Below are positions 1 through 10,157 of a stretch of DNA of 34,692 bases, piece after piece. A program made the translations under genes and the position numbers. The notes beneath the pieces are model-generated. The model was given only the letters and a program-made list of their open reading frames with translations. It did no database searches and was not told the origin of the DNA. This stretch comes from Octopus bimaculoides. Its lineage: Eukaryota. Each line of letters starts with the position of its first letter. Within the stretch, counting starts at the first letter, position 1. The stretch is taken from contig NC_068986.1 in assembly GCF_001194135.2 (NCBI RefSeq), positions 106,787,958-106,822,649 on the forward strand, written 5' to 3'.

Positions 1-281
1 TGTTGCTGCAAGGAGTGGCCGGCAGAACGGAAGTGGCGTGACACCGAGGTGTCATTGCCAACGTTGATGTCTCGGAGGTGTTCCGCGAATCGGTCGGCCA
101 GGCGGCGCCCCGTTTGTCCGATGTACAGAGAATGGCAGAGAGAGCAGGAGATACAATAGATGATGTTGGTAGAAGTGCAGGTGAAGGAGTCGGTGATGCG
201 ATAGGGTCGGTTATGGGTGCTGGTGAGGAGGGTGGTGTTGGAGAGATAAGGGCAAGTGCGGCAGCGTGGGCGGGAGCAATA
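1..281 (-). mobile_element. Penelope-like element fragment, GIY-YIG endonuclease (family 1), runs off window start
   Basis: Minus strand reads CSRPRCRTCPYLSNTTLLTSTHNRPYRITDSFTCTSTNIIYCISCSLCHSLYIGQTGRRLADRFAEHLRDINVGNDTSVSRHF. This has the CxxC, IY..YIGQT..L..R..EH pattern of PLE GIY-YIG domains. The 5' end abuts a (TA)n/(TG)n microsatellite. Confidence 0.88.
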
Positions 282-380
282 TAAATATATATACATATAT
301 ATATATACATATATGTGTGGGCTGTGTGTGTGTGTGTGTGTGCGTGTGTGTATTTATACATATATATATATATATATATG
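282..380. repeat. Compound (TA)n/(TG)n microsatellite, representative of dozens of (TA), (CA/TG), (AAT), (ATCT) and (AG) runs in the window
   Basis: Directly visible. Confidence 0.98.
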
Positions 381-1004
381 AATGTATGGCAAGTCACTTA
401 CGAGGCTCTCACAAGTACTACTGGTAACATGGAGTCCAGTACAACCTGTTGCATGGTCGGATTGTCGGCGACTAATCCAGCCGGCGTCATCACCAGGCTA
501 CCCTGGTGGGAAGGGTTACTAGAAACACAGCATGATTAAATATAAACCTGCTGAAAGGTCACGTGAACGTAATGCAGGCTCAACCGCTATCTAGCAATAG
601 CAAGAGTACGTATCTAGAAGGCCACTCCAATATAAAATCAGATATGCAGGGAATGACATTGGACATTTTGGGTATCTTTGGTTTGTGCTAGATATCATGG
701 CGCTCCCACATCCCTGCGAATGCGACTCATATTGGCCCCAGACATCTTGCTCTGGTTCGTCTCTGTATAATGTGAAAACAGTGGAGAGGGTCTATGAGGT
801 GTTGTGCAAGCCTTATTGGACCTAAACTCAGCAAAGTCATTGCTGTCCTCTGCTTGATATGCGCTGCTATTTCTCTTTTTGTTCCTATATCCTAGAAAGC
901 ACAATGTTCCTGAAAGTCTGTGATAGACTTCTTCGGTCATAAGTAGACGGCCACCATATGTAAAAGATATAAAATAGAATATACATATATATACTCTATT
1001 TCAT

Positions 1005-1222
1005 ATCTTTTTTATTTCTTTCTGTCATTTGTCTGCGGCCATGCTGAAGCACCGCCTTTAGTCGAACAAACTGACCCCTGGATTTATTCTTTGTAAGCCT
1101 AGTACTTATTCTATCGGTTTGTTTTGCCGAACTGCTAAGTTACGGGGACGTGAACATACCAGCATCGGTTGTCAAGCGATGGTGGGAAGACAAATACAAA
1201 CACACATACATACACACACACA

Positions 1223-1264
<42 letters not shown>

Positions 1265-1428
1265 CGACGGGTTTGTTTCAGCTTCCGTCTACCATATCCA
1301 CTCACAAGGCTTTGGTCGGCCCGTGGTTATAGTAGAAGATACTCGCCCAAGTTGCCACGCAGTGGAACTGAACTCGGAACCATGTGGTTTGTAAACAAGC
1401 TACTTACCACACAGCCACTCCTGCACTC
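1005..1428 (-). mobile_element. tRNA-derived SINE with internal (CA/TA)n tract (SINE family A)
   Basis: Minus strand starts with a tRNA-like head (A-box TGGCTGTGTGG, B-box-like GAGTTCAGTTCC). Body and tail (..GGCGGTGCTTCAGCATGGCCGCAG..) match 28897-29395 and 14551-14688. Confidence 0.85.
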
Positions 1429-1515
1429 AGGAATGATTTTTCAACCCTATATCTACATGCTGATATCTATAGATATATATGTACTTCGAGAACCGTCTTC
1501 ACAAAAGACTACATA

Positions 1516-1560
<45 letters not shown>

Positions 1561-1619
1561 CTGAGGGGCGCGAATACTTGTGTTTGTGTTTGTGTTTATC
1601 ACTTATCAAACACGTATTT

Positions 1620-2128
1620 GCCAACCCATTTTCGTTTGTTTACGTCTCTGTAACATAGGATTTAGAAGCTTTAAAATAATGTTAGTATTCTGGTGCATCT
1701 GTTCGGTATGGTGACCCACGATGTTCGAAGTTGAATGACTAAAACGTGTAAAATATAAAGTATAAAGAATAACTAGTTAATTATGTCAGAAATTCGTAGT
1801 TATTTCCTTGGAAAAATCTGCACAACATGAGAGCACAGTGGGTCGTTGAAAAATTATTGCTGTACCTATGATACACACAGAGAGAACTTTTGGCGGAAAT
1901 CGAAAGAAAGGTAGGGAAGTAGATTCTAGTGCAAAATAATAATATTTTACGGCACACGTGATAAATCAAAAATAAATAATTATCACTGAAAGCCTACTGT
2001 CAGAAACATCTGAAGTTTTATTTATTATGAAACAGCTGCTGTCTGCAATGCGTTGCCGTTGAGAAGAAATTCAAAAATTATATATATCATTTCCATATTT
2101 CTGAGGCAGCTATCTTCAAGCTTATAAG
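1620..2128 (+). promoter_or_regulatory. Putative promoter and non-coding exon 1 of paralogue A, ending at donor AAG|GTAAGG (GT at 2129)
   Basis: Block is homologous to 28175-28641. Both copies keep TATAAAG, a CACGTG E-box, a highly conserved final ~140 nt and the same donor. No long ORF. TSS unknown. Confidence 0.55.
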
Positions 2129-2769
2129 GTAAGGGAAAGTGTGGTTCGATATTTTTATTTAAGTATCTAATGTTTGAAAGACTCATAAAATTAAACATAT
2201 GTAAGGCATATGATGATGAATGGGAGAATTTCATTAATAATGGAAATGTTCTAATATTTTTTTTATTTCTCAAGGTTTATATTTCACATAAAAGATAATG
2301 CAACATATGCACACGAAATGCACTCACGCACACTCACGTGCGTATGCATATATGTACTTAAACATATACATACATGCATACGCACAATTATAACCACTGA
2401 GATGAGTATTAAGACAATGTTCTTCTGAAAATATTGATTGCTATAACTCATTCCAAACAGTTATGTCCATACATCCGTATCTGTTAACGGTTATTTTTAA
2501 TATTTTTTTCGTTGTATTGCTTGTTCGTTGGATTTTTCCATCAGCCATTTTATTTCCGATCGTCTATGTTACAGAAGATATTTCCTTCGTTTTACGGCTT
2601 TTCCTTTCACTAAAATGAGCGGATACATTGCAGAAACTTTATTTTAATGTATTGTATCTATTTATCACTCGATGAGATATATCTGCACCACCGGATGCTC
2701 CTGAATCAGTTGTTGAGTGTCCCACCCGTGAAGGATCGATGCTAGAAGATGTGTTGAAGCAATGGTCGT

Positions 2770-2920
2770 AATTAATGATAAAAATTCTCATATATTCTAT
2801 CTGTCTTTTTAGCCGAACCACTGGCATGCTGTATCTATGATCCAGCATAGTTTGTCTTCTTTCTCAATTAAGACTATGTCCAGCTTCCTATTCTCCATCT
2901 CATGGTCGCTCTGAATCATA
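2770..2920 (-). mobile_element. Decayed R4/Dong-type LINE RLE fragment (family C)
   Basis: Minus strand MIQSDHEMENRKLDIVLIEKEDKLCWIIDTAC resembles the R-P-D-I-V...IID RLE motif. The 5' end abuts the (AAT)n run at 2921-2984. Confidence 0.7.
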
Positions 2921-2921
2921 A

Positions 2922-2984
<63 letters not shown>

Positions 2985-3862
2985 CATATTATCTCTGGCT
3001 GCCCAGTCCTGGCTAAGAAGGAATATATTCACAGACGCGACAGAACTGGGACCTATATACACTGGAAGCTATGCCAACACTATGGAATAACAACAGAAAA
3101 AAGATGGTATAAACACACGCCAGAAAAGGTCACAGAAAACGAGAAAGCAACCATACTTTGGGATATGCCAATACACACAGATAGAGAAATTAAGGCAAAT
3201 AGACCAGATATAGTTGTCAAAGATCACGAAGAAAAAAAATGCTTTCTAATTGATGTATCAATACCAGCAGATGACAACGTCTCTCTAAAAGAAATGGAAA
3301 AACTNNNNNNNNNNNNNNNNNNNNNNNNNNNNNNNNNNNNNNNNNNNNNNNNNNNNNNNNNNNNNNNNNNNNNNNNNNNNNNNNNNNNNNNNNNNNNNNN
3401 NNNNNNNNNNNNNNNNNNNNNNNNNNNNNNNNNNNNNNNNNNNNNNNNNNNNNNNNNNNNNNNNNNNNNNNNNNNNNNNNNNNNNNNNNNNNNNNNNNNN
3501 NNNNNNNNNNNNNNNNNNNNNNNNNNNNNNNNNNNNNNNNNNNNNNNNNNNNNNNNNNNNNNNNNNNNNNNNNNNNNNNNNNNNNNNNNNNNNNNNNNNN
3601 NNNNNNNNNNNNNNNNNNNNNNNNNNNNNNNNNNNNNNNNNNNNNNNNNNNNNNNNNNNNNNNNNNNNNNNNNNNNNNNNNNNNNNNNNNNNNNNNNNNN
3701 NNNNNNNNNNNNNNNNNNNNNNNNNNNNNNNNNNNNNNNNNNNNNNNNNNNNNNNNNNNNNNNNNNNNNNNNNNNNNNNNNNNNNNNNAGCACATACCCA
3801 AGGCGCACAGAGCTGCGCTCGGTAGTGAAGTGAAAGCACATTATAAAAATAAAACTACTGAA
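2985..3862 (+). mobile_element. 5'-truncated R4/Dong-type LINE (family A), zinc knuckle end and RLE, interrupted by an N-gap
   Basis: Open frame HIISGCPVLAKKEYIHRRDR...WYKHTPEKVTENEKATILWDMPIHTDREIKANRPDIVVKD..CFLIDVSIP. The 3' UTR after the gap matches 4550-4620 and 30933-31000. (AAT)n on both sides. Confidence 0.9.
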
Positions 3863-3863
3863 C

Positions 3864-3940
<77 letters not shown>

Positions 3941-3942
<2 letters not shown>

Positions 3943-4468
3943 GCCCTGATGCAGTACCAGGCAGTGGCTCTCGTGGTTTCTGATCTTAATTGGTTGGAAG
4001 TGTTATCATGTGGGCTACTGCAAATATTATGCTCAATACTACAGATTTTCTTGTCAGTTGTTTGACCTTAACCAGTTGAGCATGTTCCTTGGTGGCTGAT
4101 GATATGTGCATCTCTGATCATGAGCAGAAGTAGTGGGGAGCGTCATAGCCATGTGTTGAGAAGAATTGTTTGGGGTTTGAATAATTCACCTTTGGAAACA
4201 TGGGTGTTTTGCTCAACATCCTTAAAGAAACCTTATTCAGGGACCTTTTGAGCGGGATGGGCTACTCGACCAGAAGAAAATTCTAACTGGGCCCCACCTG
4301 CGAGGTCATGCGCTGTTTATCTTGATATGAGATAACCATGTCGCGCACATATGGTGTGATGCATGTGCCTGGTGTACCCTTATCAGACGGGTAGTCATGA
4401 TAGGTATATTGGACTTCGTATATTTTACCCCAGTGTCAATTTGATGGCATGCACTGCTCTCTCACTCA
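3941..4468. mobile_element. ~530-bp unclassified element bounded by (AAT)n on both sides
   Basis: GC-richer than its surroundings, no recognisable ORF, sharp microsatellite boundaries. Confidence 0.5.
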
Positions 4469-4492
4469 ATAGTAATAATAATAATAATAATA

Positions 4493-4549
<57 letters not shown>

Positions 4550-4552
<3 letters not shown>

Positions 4553-4877
4553 TAGTTTTATTTTTATAACGTGCTTTCACTTCACTACCGAGCGCAGCTC
4601 TGTGCGCCTTGGGTATGTGCTGTGGTTTGCTGTGGTGCTCTTATGGTTACTGTATTGAAAGTGTTTTGCGTAGGATGTGTGCAGTGCCCAGTAGTGCAAT
4701 TTTCTGTATGTTATATATATTTGTTAGACCTGGTGTTTTTGTTATGTATTTGTCTGAATATTTTTTTTATTATACCTAAGGCACCTACTATGATAGGAAT
4801 TGTTTCTGTTTTTAGATTCCACATTCGAGTTACCTTTATTTCCAGGCCTTTGTATTTTGAAAGTTTTTCCATTTCTT
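4550..4877 (-). mobile_element. 5'-truncated R4/Dong-type LINE (family A), second copy
   Basis: Minus strand KEMEKLSKYKGLEIKVTRMWNLKTETIPIIVGALG..IQKIALLGTAHILRKTLSIQ*, then the 3' UTR and an (AAT)n tail. Confidence 0.9.
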
Positions 4878-4879
4878 TA

Positions 4880-5289
4880 GTTTATAGAGAGGACTGATAA
4901 ACTCAGCAGAAATGTAATATATAGAAAGATGAGTTCTTAAATTTTGTATACGGTTGTCAAATTCCATCACTAAGGTAAACATAGCTGACGTAATCCATCA
5001 CTACGGCCAACTCAATTACAGAAAGCGCAACTCGAAAGTAACTTATTTATTGGTCCTTTGATATTTTGAACCCGTTGAAGACATACGAGATGTCGAAATA
5101 TTGTTGTTCAAAGGACCAATAAATAAGTTACTTTCGAGTTGCGCTTTCTGTCATTGAGTTGGCCGTAGTGATGGATTACGTCAGCTATGTTTACCTTAGT
5201 GATGGAATTTGGCAATCGTATACAAAACTTAAGAACTCATCTTTCTATATATTATATTTCTGTTGAGTTTATCAGTCCTCTCTATAAAC
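4880..5289. mobile_element. Foldback/MITE-like element: 182-bp inverted arms, 46-bp spacer, TA on both sides
   Basis: 4880-5061 is the reverse complement of 5108-5289 with about 6 mismatches by hand count. TA at 4878-4879 and 5290-5291. Confidence 0.85.
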
Positions 5290-5294
5290 TATTA

Positions 5295-5357
<63 letters not shown>

Positions 5358-5358
<1 letters not shown>

Positions 5359-6594
5359 GTTGTTGTTGTTGTTGTTCTTGTTTTTCTTCTTTCTTCAAAT
5401 TTTCTTCCATTTCTCGCCGAGTGTTTTCCGTACACCTAGGGCAGAGAAGCTCATTGTATACATTCCCAGTTTACACACAAATTCACAGGTAAAATATGTA
5501 TGTAAAAAATTAATAAATAAATTCATGAATGGATGTTACTTTCATGTCCATAATGCTCTTCTCAGTACATAAGTCGTTCCCGTTAACACGATTTTTTGAA
5601 CTTCCTGTAAGGATAGTAGGCTTGGTATCATTTTCAAATAGGTTTCAGTACCTTTTTTAATCATTCCTAGAGATCCTACAATCACTGGTACGGTAGTCGC
5701 CTTGAGATGCCACATTTTTTTCAATTTCTATTAGCAAGTCTTTATATTTACTGATCTTGTCAAATTCATTCGCCGCTATATTGTGATCACAGGGAATACT
5801 CATGTCAATTAATAAACACATCTATTTTGTCCGATCTTTTACATTAATATCCGGTCTATTAGCTTTTATAGTTTTGTCGGTATGTACAGGGAAGTCCCAG
5901 AGAATCGACATATTTTCTCCCTCGGTCACAGCTTCAGGATGGTGTTTATACCATTTGTCAGCGGTTTTGATTTTATAATGCCGACATATTGTGCCGTGTA
6001 GATACTAGCTGACTCTGTCATATATTGCTTTATATTCTACAGGTGCTAAGACTCTACACCCTGAAATTAGGTGGTCTATAGTTTCAATCTCATAGGTACA
6101 GAATCGGCATTGTGGGTCAGCTCTGTTTTTTTATCACATTGGCTTGGCAGTTCTGGGTTAATAAGCTTTGGTCTTGAGCAGTTAATATGAAACCTTCACT
6201 CTCTGCTTTTAGCCCTGAGCTTCGTAACCATTGATGCGTGTGTTTCTGGTCGACATCAGCTTGTTTGCTACGGGTCACATACTTACCTTGCAGAGGTTTC
6301 TGTTCCCATCTGCTAGCTAATTTTTCATGTGCTTTTGTCTTTGCAACTAATTTTATTCTCTTTGCAGCAGCTGTTGGCGCATTTCCTTCTACCTGATCAA
6401 TCTGGTAGGTATCTAAGAGATCAGTAATGAATCTTTTGCTCTCTTTCAGAATAGAGTGAAGTTTTTTTCGGTCTTTCATGTTTTCAACAAGTTTTAGCAT
6501 CCAATCGTTGGTTGTTTCAAGGTATTTGGCTAGTCCTATTGTGGTGGTTTTGTACGTAAGTTCAAGCTGTATCAAGCCTCGACCTCCCTGAGCA
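5358..6594 (-). mobile_element. R4/Dong-type LINE (family B): RT C-terminal region, CCHC knuckle and RLE, with frameshifts and stops
   Basis: Minus strand GGRGLIQL..QGKY..WLRSSGLKAESEGFILTAQDQ..CRFC..ETIDHLISGC..WDFPVHTDKTIKANRPDI..KYKDL..VPVIVGSLG. The 3' end runs into (AAC)n(AAT)n. Confidence 0.9.
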
Positions 6595-6604
6595 TATGTA
6601 TATG

Positions 6605-6639
<35 letters not shown>

Positions 6640-6677
6640 ATGTGTGTGTGTGTGTGTGTGTATATGTGCATACATAT

Positions 6678-6723
<46 letters not shown>

Positions 6724-7252
6724 GCTTCTTCCCCAACCCAACCTCCCAACCTGGCTCGTTCCCCTGCTCCCGCCCACGCTGCCGCACTTGCCCTTACCTC
6801 TCCAACACCACCCTCCTCACCAGCACCCATCACCGACCCTNNNNNNNNNNNNNNNNNNNNNNNNNNNNNNNNNNNNNNNNNNNNNNNNNNNNNNNNNNNN
6901 NNNNNNNNNNNNNNNNNNNNNNNNNNNNNNNNNNNNNNNNNNNNNNNNNNNNNNNNNNNNNNNNNNNNNNNNNNNNNNNNNNNNNNNNNNNNNNNNNNNN
7001 NNNNNNNNNNNNNNNNNNNNNNNNNNNNNNNNNNNNNNNNNNNNNNNNNNNNNNNNNNNNNNNNNNNNNNNNNNNNNNNNNNNNNNNNNNNNNNNNNNNN
7101 NNNNNNNNNNNNNNNNNNNNNNNNNNNNNNNNNNNNNNNNNNNNNNNNNNNNNNNNNNNNNNNNNNNNNNNNNNNNNNNNNNNNNNNNNNNNNNNNNNNN
7201 NNNNNNNNNNNNNNNNNNNNNNNNNNNNNNNNNNNNNNNNNNNNNNNNNNNN

Positions 7253-7745
7253 GCTCCGACTCCTACTTCTTTGTACGTCTCTTCACCTCTCTTCACTCCT
7301 ACTTCTCTTCCTACTTCTCTTCACTCCTACTTCTCTTCACTCCTACTTCTCTTCCCACTTCTCTTCCTACTTCTCTTCACTCCTACTTCTCTTCACTCCC
7401 ACTTCTCTTCACCCCTACTCTTTCTCTCCTCTCTCTTACTCTCTCTCACTCTCTTCTCTCGTACTCCCCCCTCTCTCACTCTTACTCTCTACATTCTTAC
7501 TCTGTTACTCTCTAACCCTTACTCTCTCACTCTCTCACCCTTACTCTCTCACTCTCTTCTCTCTTTCCCTCTCTCTCTCACTCTCTTTCTCTTTCTCTCT
7601 TTCTCTCCCCCATAGCCCTCTTCCCTCTCTCTCACTCTCTTTCTCTTCCCTCCCTCTCCCCCATACCCCTCTTCCCTCTCTCTCACTCTCTTCTCTCTCC
7701 CTCCCTTTCTCTTCCTCTCTTTCTCCCCCCAGACCCACCTTCCCC
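7253..7745. repeat. Polypyrimidine/polypurine low-complexity tract with degenerate TCCTACTTCTCTTCAC-like units
   Basis: Directly visible. Confidence 0.9.
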
Positions 7746-8530
7746 NNNNNNNNNNNNNNNNNNNNNNNNNNNNNNNNNNNNNNNNNNNNNNNNNNNNNNN
7801 NNNNNNNNNNNNNNNNNNNNNNNNNNNNNNNNNNNNNNNNNNNNNNNNNNNNNNNNNNNNNNNNNNNNNNNNNNNNNNNNNNNNNNNNNNNNNNNNNNNN
7901 NNNNNNNNNNNNNNNNNNNNNNNNNNNNNNNNNNNNNNNNNNNNNNNNNNNNNNNNNNNNNNNNNNNNNNNNNNNNNNNNNNNNNNNNNNNNNNNNNNNN
8001 NNNNNNNNNNNNNNNNNNNNNNNNNNNNNNNNNNNNNNNNNNNNNNNNNNNNNNNNNNNNNNNNNNNNNNNNNNNNNNNNNNNNNNNNNNNNNNNNNNNN
8101 NNNNNNNNNNNNNNNNNNNNNNNNNNNNNNNNNNNNNNNNNNNNNNNNNNNNNNNNNNNNNNNNNNNNNNNNNNNNNNNNNNNNNNNNNNNNNNNNNNNN
8201 NNNNNNNNNNNNNNNNNNNNNNNNNNNNNNNNNNNNNNNNNNNNNNNNNNNNNNNNNNNNNNNNNNNNNNNNNNNNNNNNNNNNNNNNNNNNNNNNNNNN
8301 NNNNNNNNNNNNNNNNNNNNNNNNNNNNNNNNNNNNNNNNNNNNNNATCTCCCACACACAGCCCCTCGTTCTTCGATCACCGTTTGTTATCTCCCCCTTT
8401 TCTTAGCTCTCCTGAAAAAAGAATTTCTAACTTCCGGTCAGCCATTGTTATGATCAGCCATTATTATGATTGACCGTTGACTGGACACTATTCAATTTTT
8501 TTCTCCGTGTTTTTCTCCTTGTCTCCGTAT

Positions 8531-8567
8531 TCTTTCTGTTGAAGAGCGTAGCTCGAAACGTCAAAGA
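8531..8567 (+). ncRNA. Minimal type I hammerhead ribozyme motif (family 1, A6U core variant)
   Basis: UCUUU-CUGUUGA-A-GAGC(GUA)GCUC-GAA-ACGU-C-AAAGA. Stem I UCUUU/AAAGA, 4-bp stem II, palindromic ACGU stem III, GUC cleavage triplet. Confidence 0.65.
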
Positions 8568-8658
8568 CTTTCCGTATTCCCGAGCGTCATACTAATACAT
8601 CTTTTTGTTATTTACACCACCTGTCCTCGTTTGTTGTTGTTTTTTCGTATATTCTCCC

Positions 8659-8692
<34 letters not shown>

Positions 8693-8829
8693 ATATATGT
8701 ATATATATATAATATTTGGTTTCAACAGTTTCAGCTCGAAGCTGTGGCCATACTGGAGACCACAATTTTGCTGCACAGTTATTCTTTAGAGCCTCCTCAG
8801 ATATATGGCATTGGGTGAATAAGGGACTT

Positions 8830-9850
8830 TGATGTAACTACCCTAATTTGCGCCTCTTGCCGCGAGTTAGGATCATCTGCGACTCTCGACAAGAAGAGAT
8901 CTACCTTTCATTTGAAAACACCTACATCTACTGTGTGTAGGTCCCCTCAGGCTCTTTGGGAGAATATTAAAAAGTTGTGAGCCCCTAAATTTCTAGCTGT
9001 TGCTGTAACTAGTCCTGAAGCGTGACGGCATTACTGGGATCTTTGGCACTGTGAAATGGCGACCCGTTCTTGCATTCGTGTAGCTTTCAATGCCAAAATT
9101 CAGCACAATTCCTTTCAGGATCTACTAGGTGTATATTACTGCATACCTCTCCAGCCTATGCTCCAAGGAATATAGTCTTATCTGTTTCAACCTTTCCCTG
9201 TAGCTGAGCTGTTGCAATGAGACGATCTTCTCTGTGAAGCTTCGCTGAACCGTTTCATGCTCTGCTGTTTTGATTTTACACTGTGGGGTGACCAAAGCTG
9301 GGAGCAGTAATCCAGGCGGCTGAGGACGAATATCCTCAAGAGTACTATCGTTGCTTCGTTCTCTCTGGTTCTGGGCGTTCTCAGGATTCGTCCAAACAGT
9401 CGTCTGCATTTTGTAACCATCTTGGTATTGTGCACTTGGAAAGAAGTACCATCATTCATGTCGATACCCAGGTCCCGTACTGATTCAGGTTCTAGGATTC
9501 TAATCCCTTGCGGTCCAGGGTACTCTGTAAATTTAACGTTCAGTTTGGGCGCTGGTAGTGCAGGGCGTGGAATTTTCCAGCATTTAAATGCATATTATTA
9601 TCCTCAACCCATCTGTAAATTGAATCCAACTGCTGCAGGTGTGAAAAATAAAGTTTTGTATTTTCTGCGAGACTTTCTTATCGTCTTCGTAGCTAACAAG
9701 GGTGGCTATCCCAGCAGCTGAGGGCATATCAGAGAGGGCCACTATGAAAAACAGTGGTCCCAAGACAGTTCCCTGTGGAAGCCCAATGTTATTTGTGTTC
9801 TCTTTGAGGTGGCTCCATTGGCCACCACTGTCCCTCTCTCAGAGAGTCAT
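8830..9850 (-). mobile_element. CR1-type LINE RT and C-terminal fragment, decayed
   Basis: Minus strand GLPQGTVLGPLFFIVALSDM..SYEDD, RLDYCSQLWSP, VQRSFTEKI..LSYRERLK..LYSLEHR. Confidence 0.88.
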
Positions 9851-10051
9851 ATAACCACTCTCCAAGTTTTCCACCTATGCCAAGATCACGCGGTTTGTGG
9901 CATATCATACTTTGATCTACATCATCAAAAGCGTTTGCAAAGTACAAGCTATATTACGGCCATATTTGAGTTGCTGAGTTTATTGCCTCAACAATATTTT
10001 TATATCCAATATTTAATGACGGCTTTTGCTTCTTCCTCTTTTATCTTACAG

Positions 10052-10157
10052 ATGTTTATACATCCAATTTTGTTTTCTGGTCTAGTCATTTTTTGTTTTA
10101 TGGTATTACCAAATCTAATCTTATCTGGCGTTGTTGTGAAAAGTGTTGTACATGATA
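10052..10157 (+). CDS. Paralogue A exon 2: start codon and signal-peptide-like sequence MFIHPILFSGLVIFCFMVLPNLILSGVVVKSVVHD, phase 1
   Basis: Pyrimidine-rich acceptor TTTTATCTTACAG|ATG and donor A|GTAAGT. The paralogue at 32056-32164 keeps the ATG, both splice sites and the frame. Confidence 0.75.

Larger units (their letters stand above)
6722..8658 (+). mobile_element. Penelope-like element (family 1): GIY-YIG start, gaps with a CT-rich tract, and a 3' UTR with a hammerhead motif
   Basis: 6722-6840 encodes GSFPCSRPRCRTCPYLSNTTLLTSTHHRP, near-identical to 1-281. 8347-8658 matches 34460-34692. Continuity across the two gaps is inferred. Confidence 0.65.

Noticed and set aside
4090-4215. CTGATGA ... 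GAAAC in the 530-bp element as a hammerhead
   Set aside because: Stem II does not pair and stem I would be almost all G-U.
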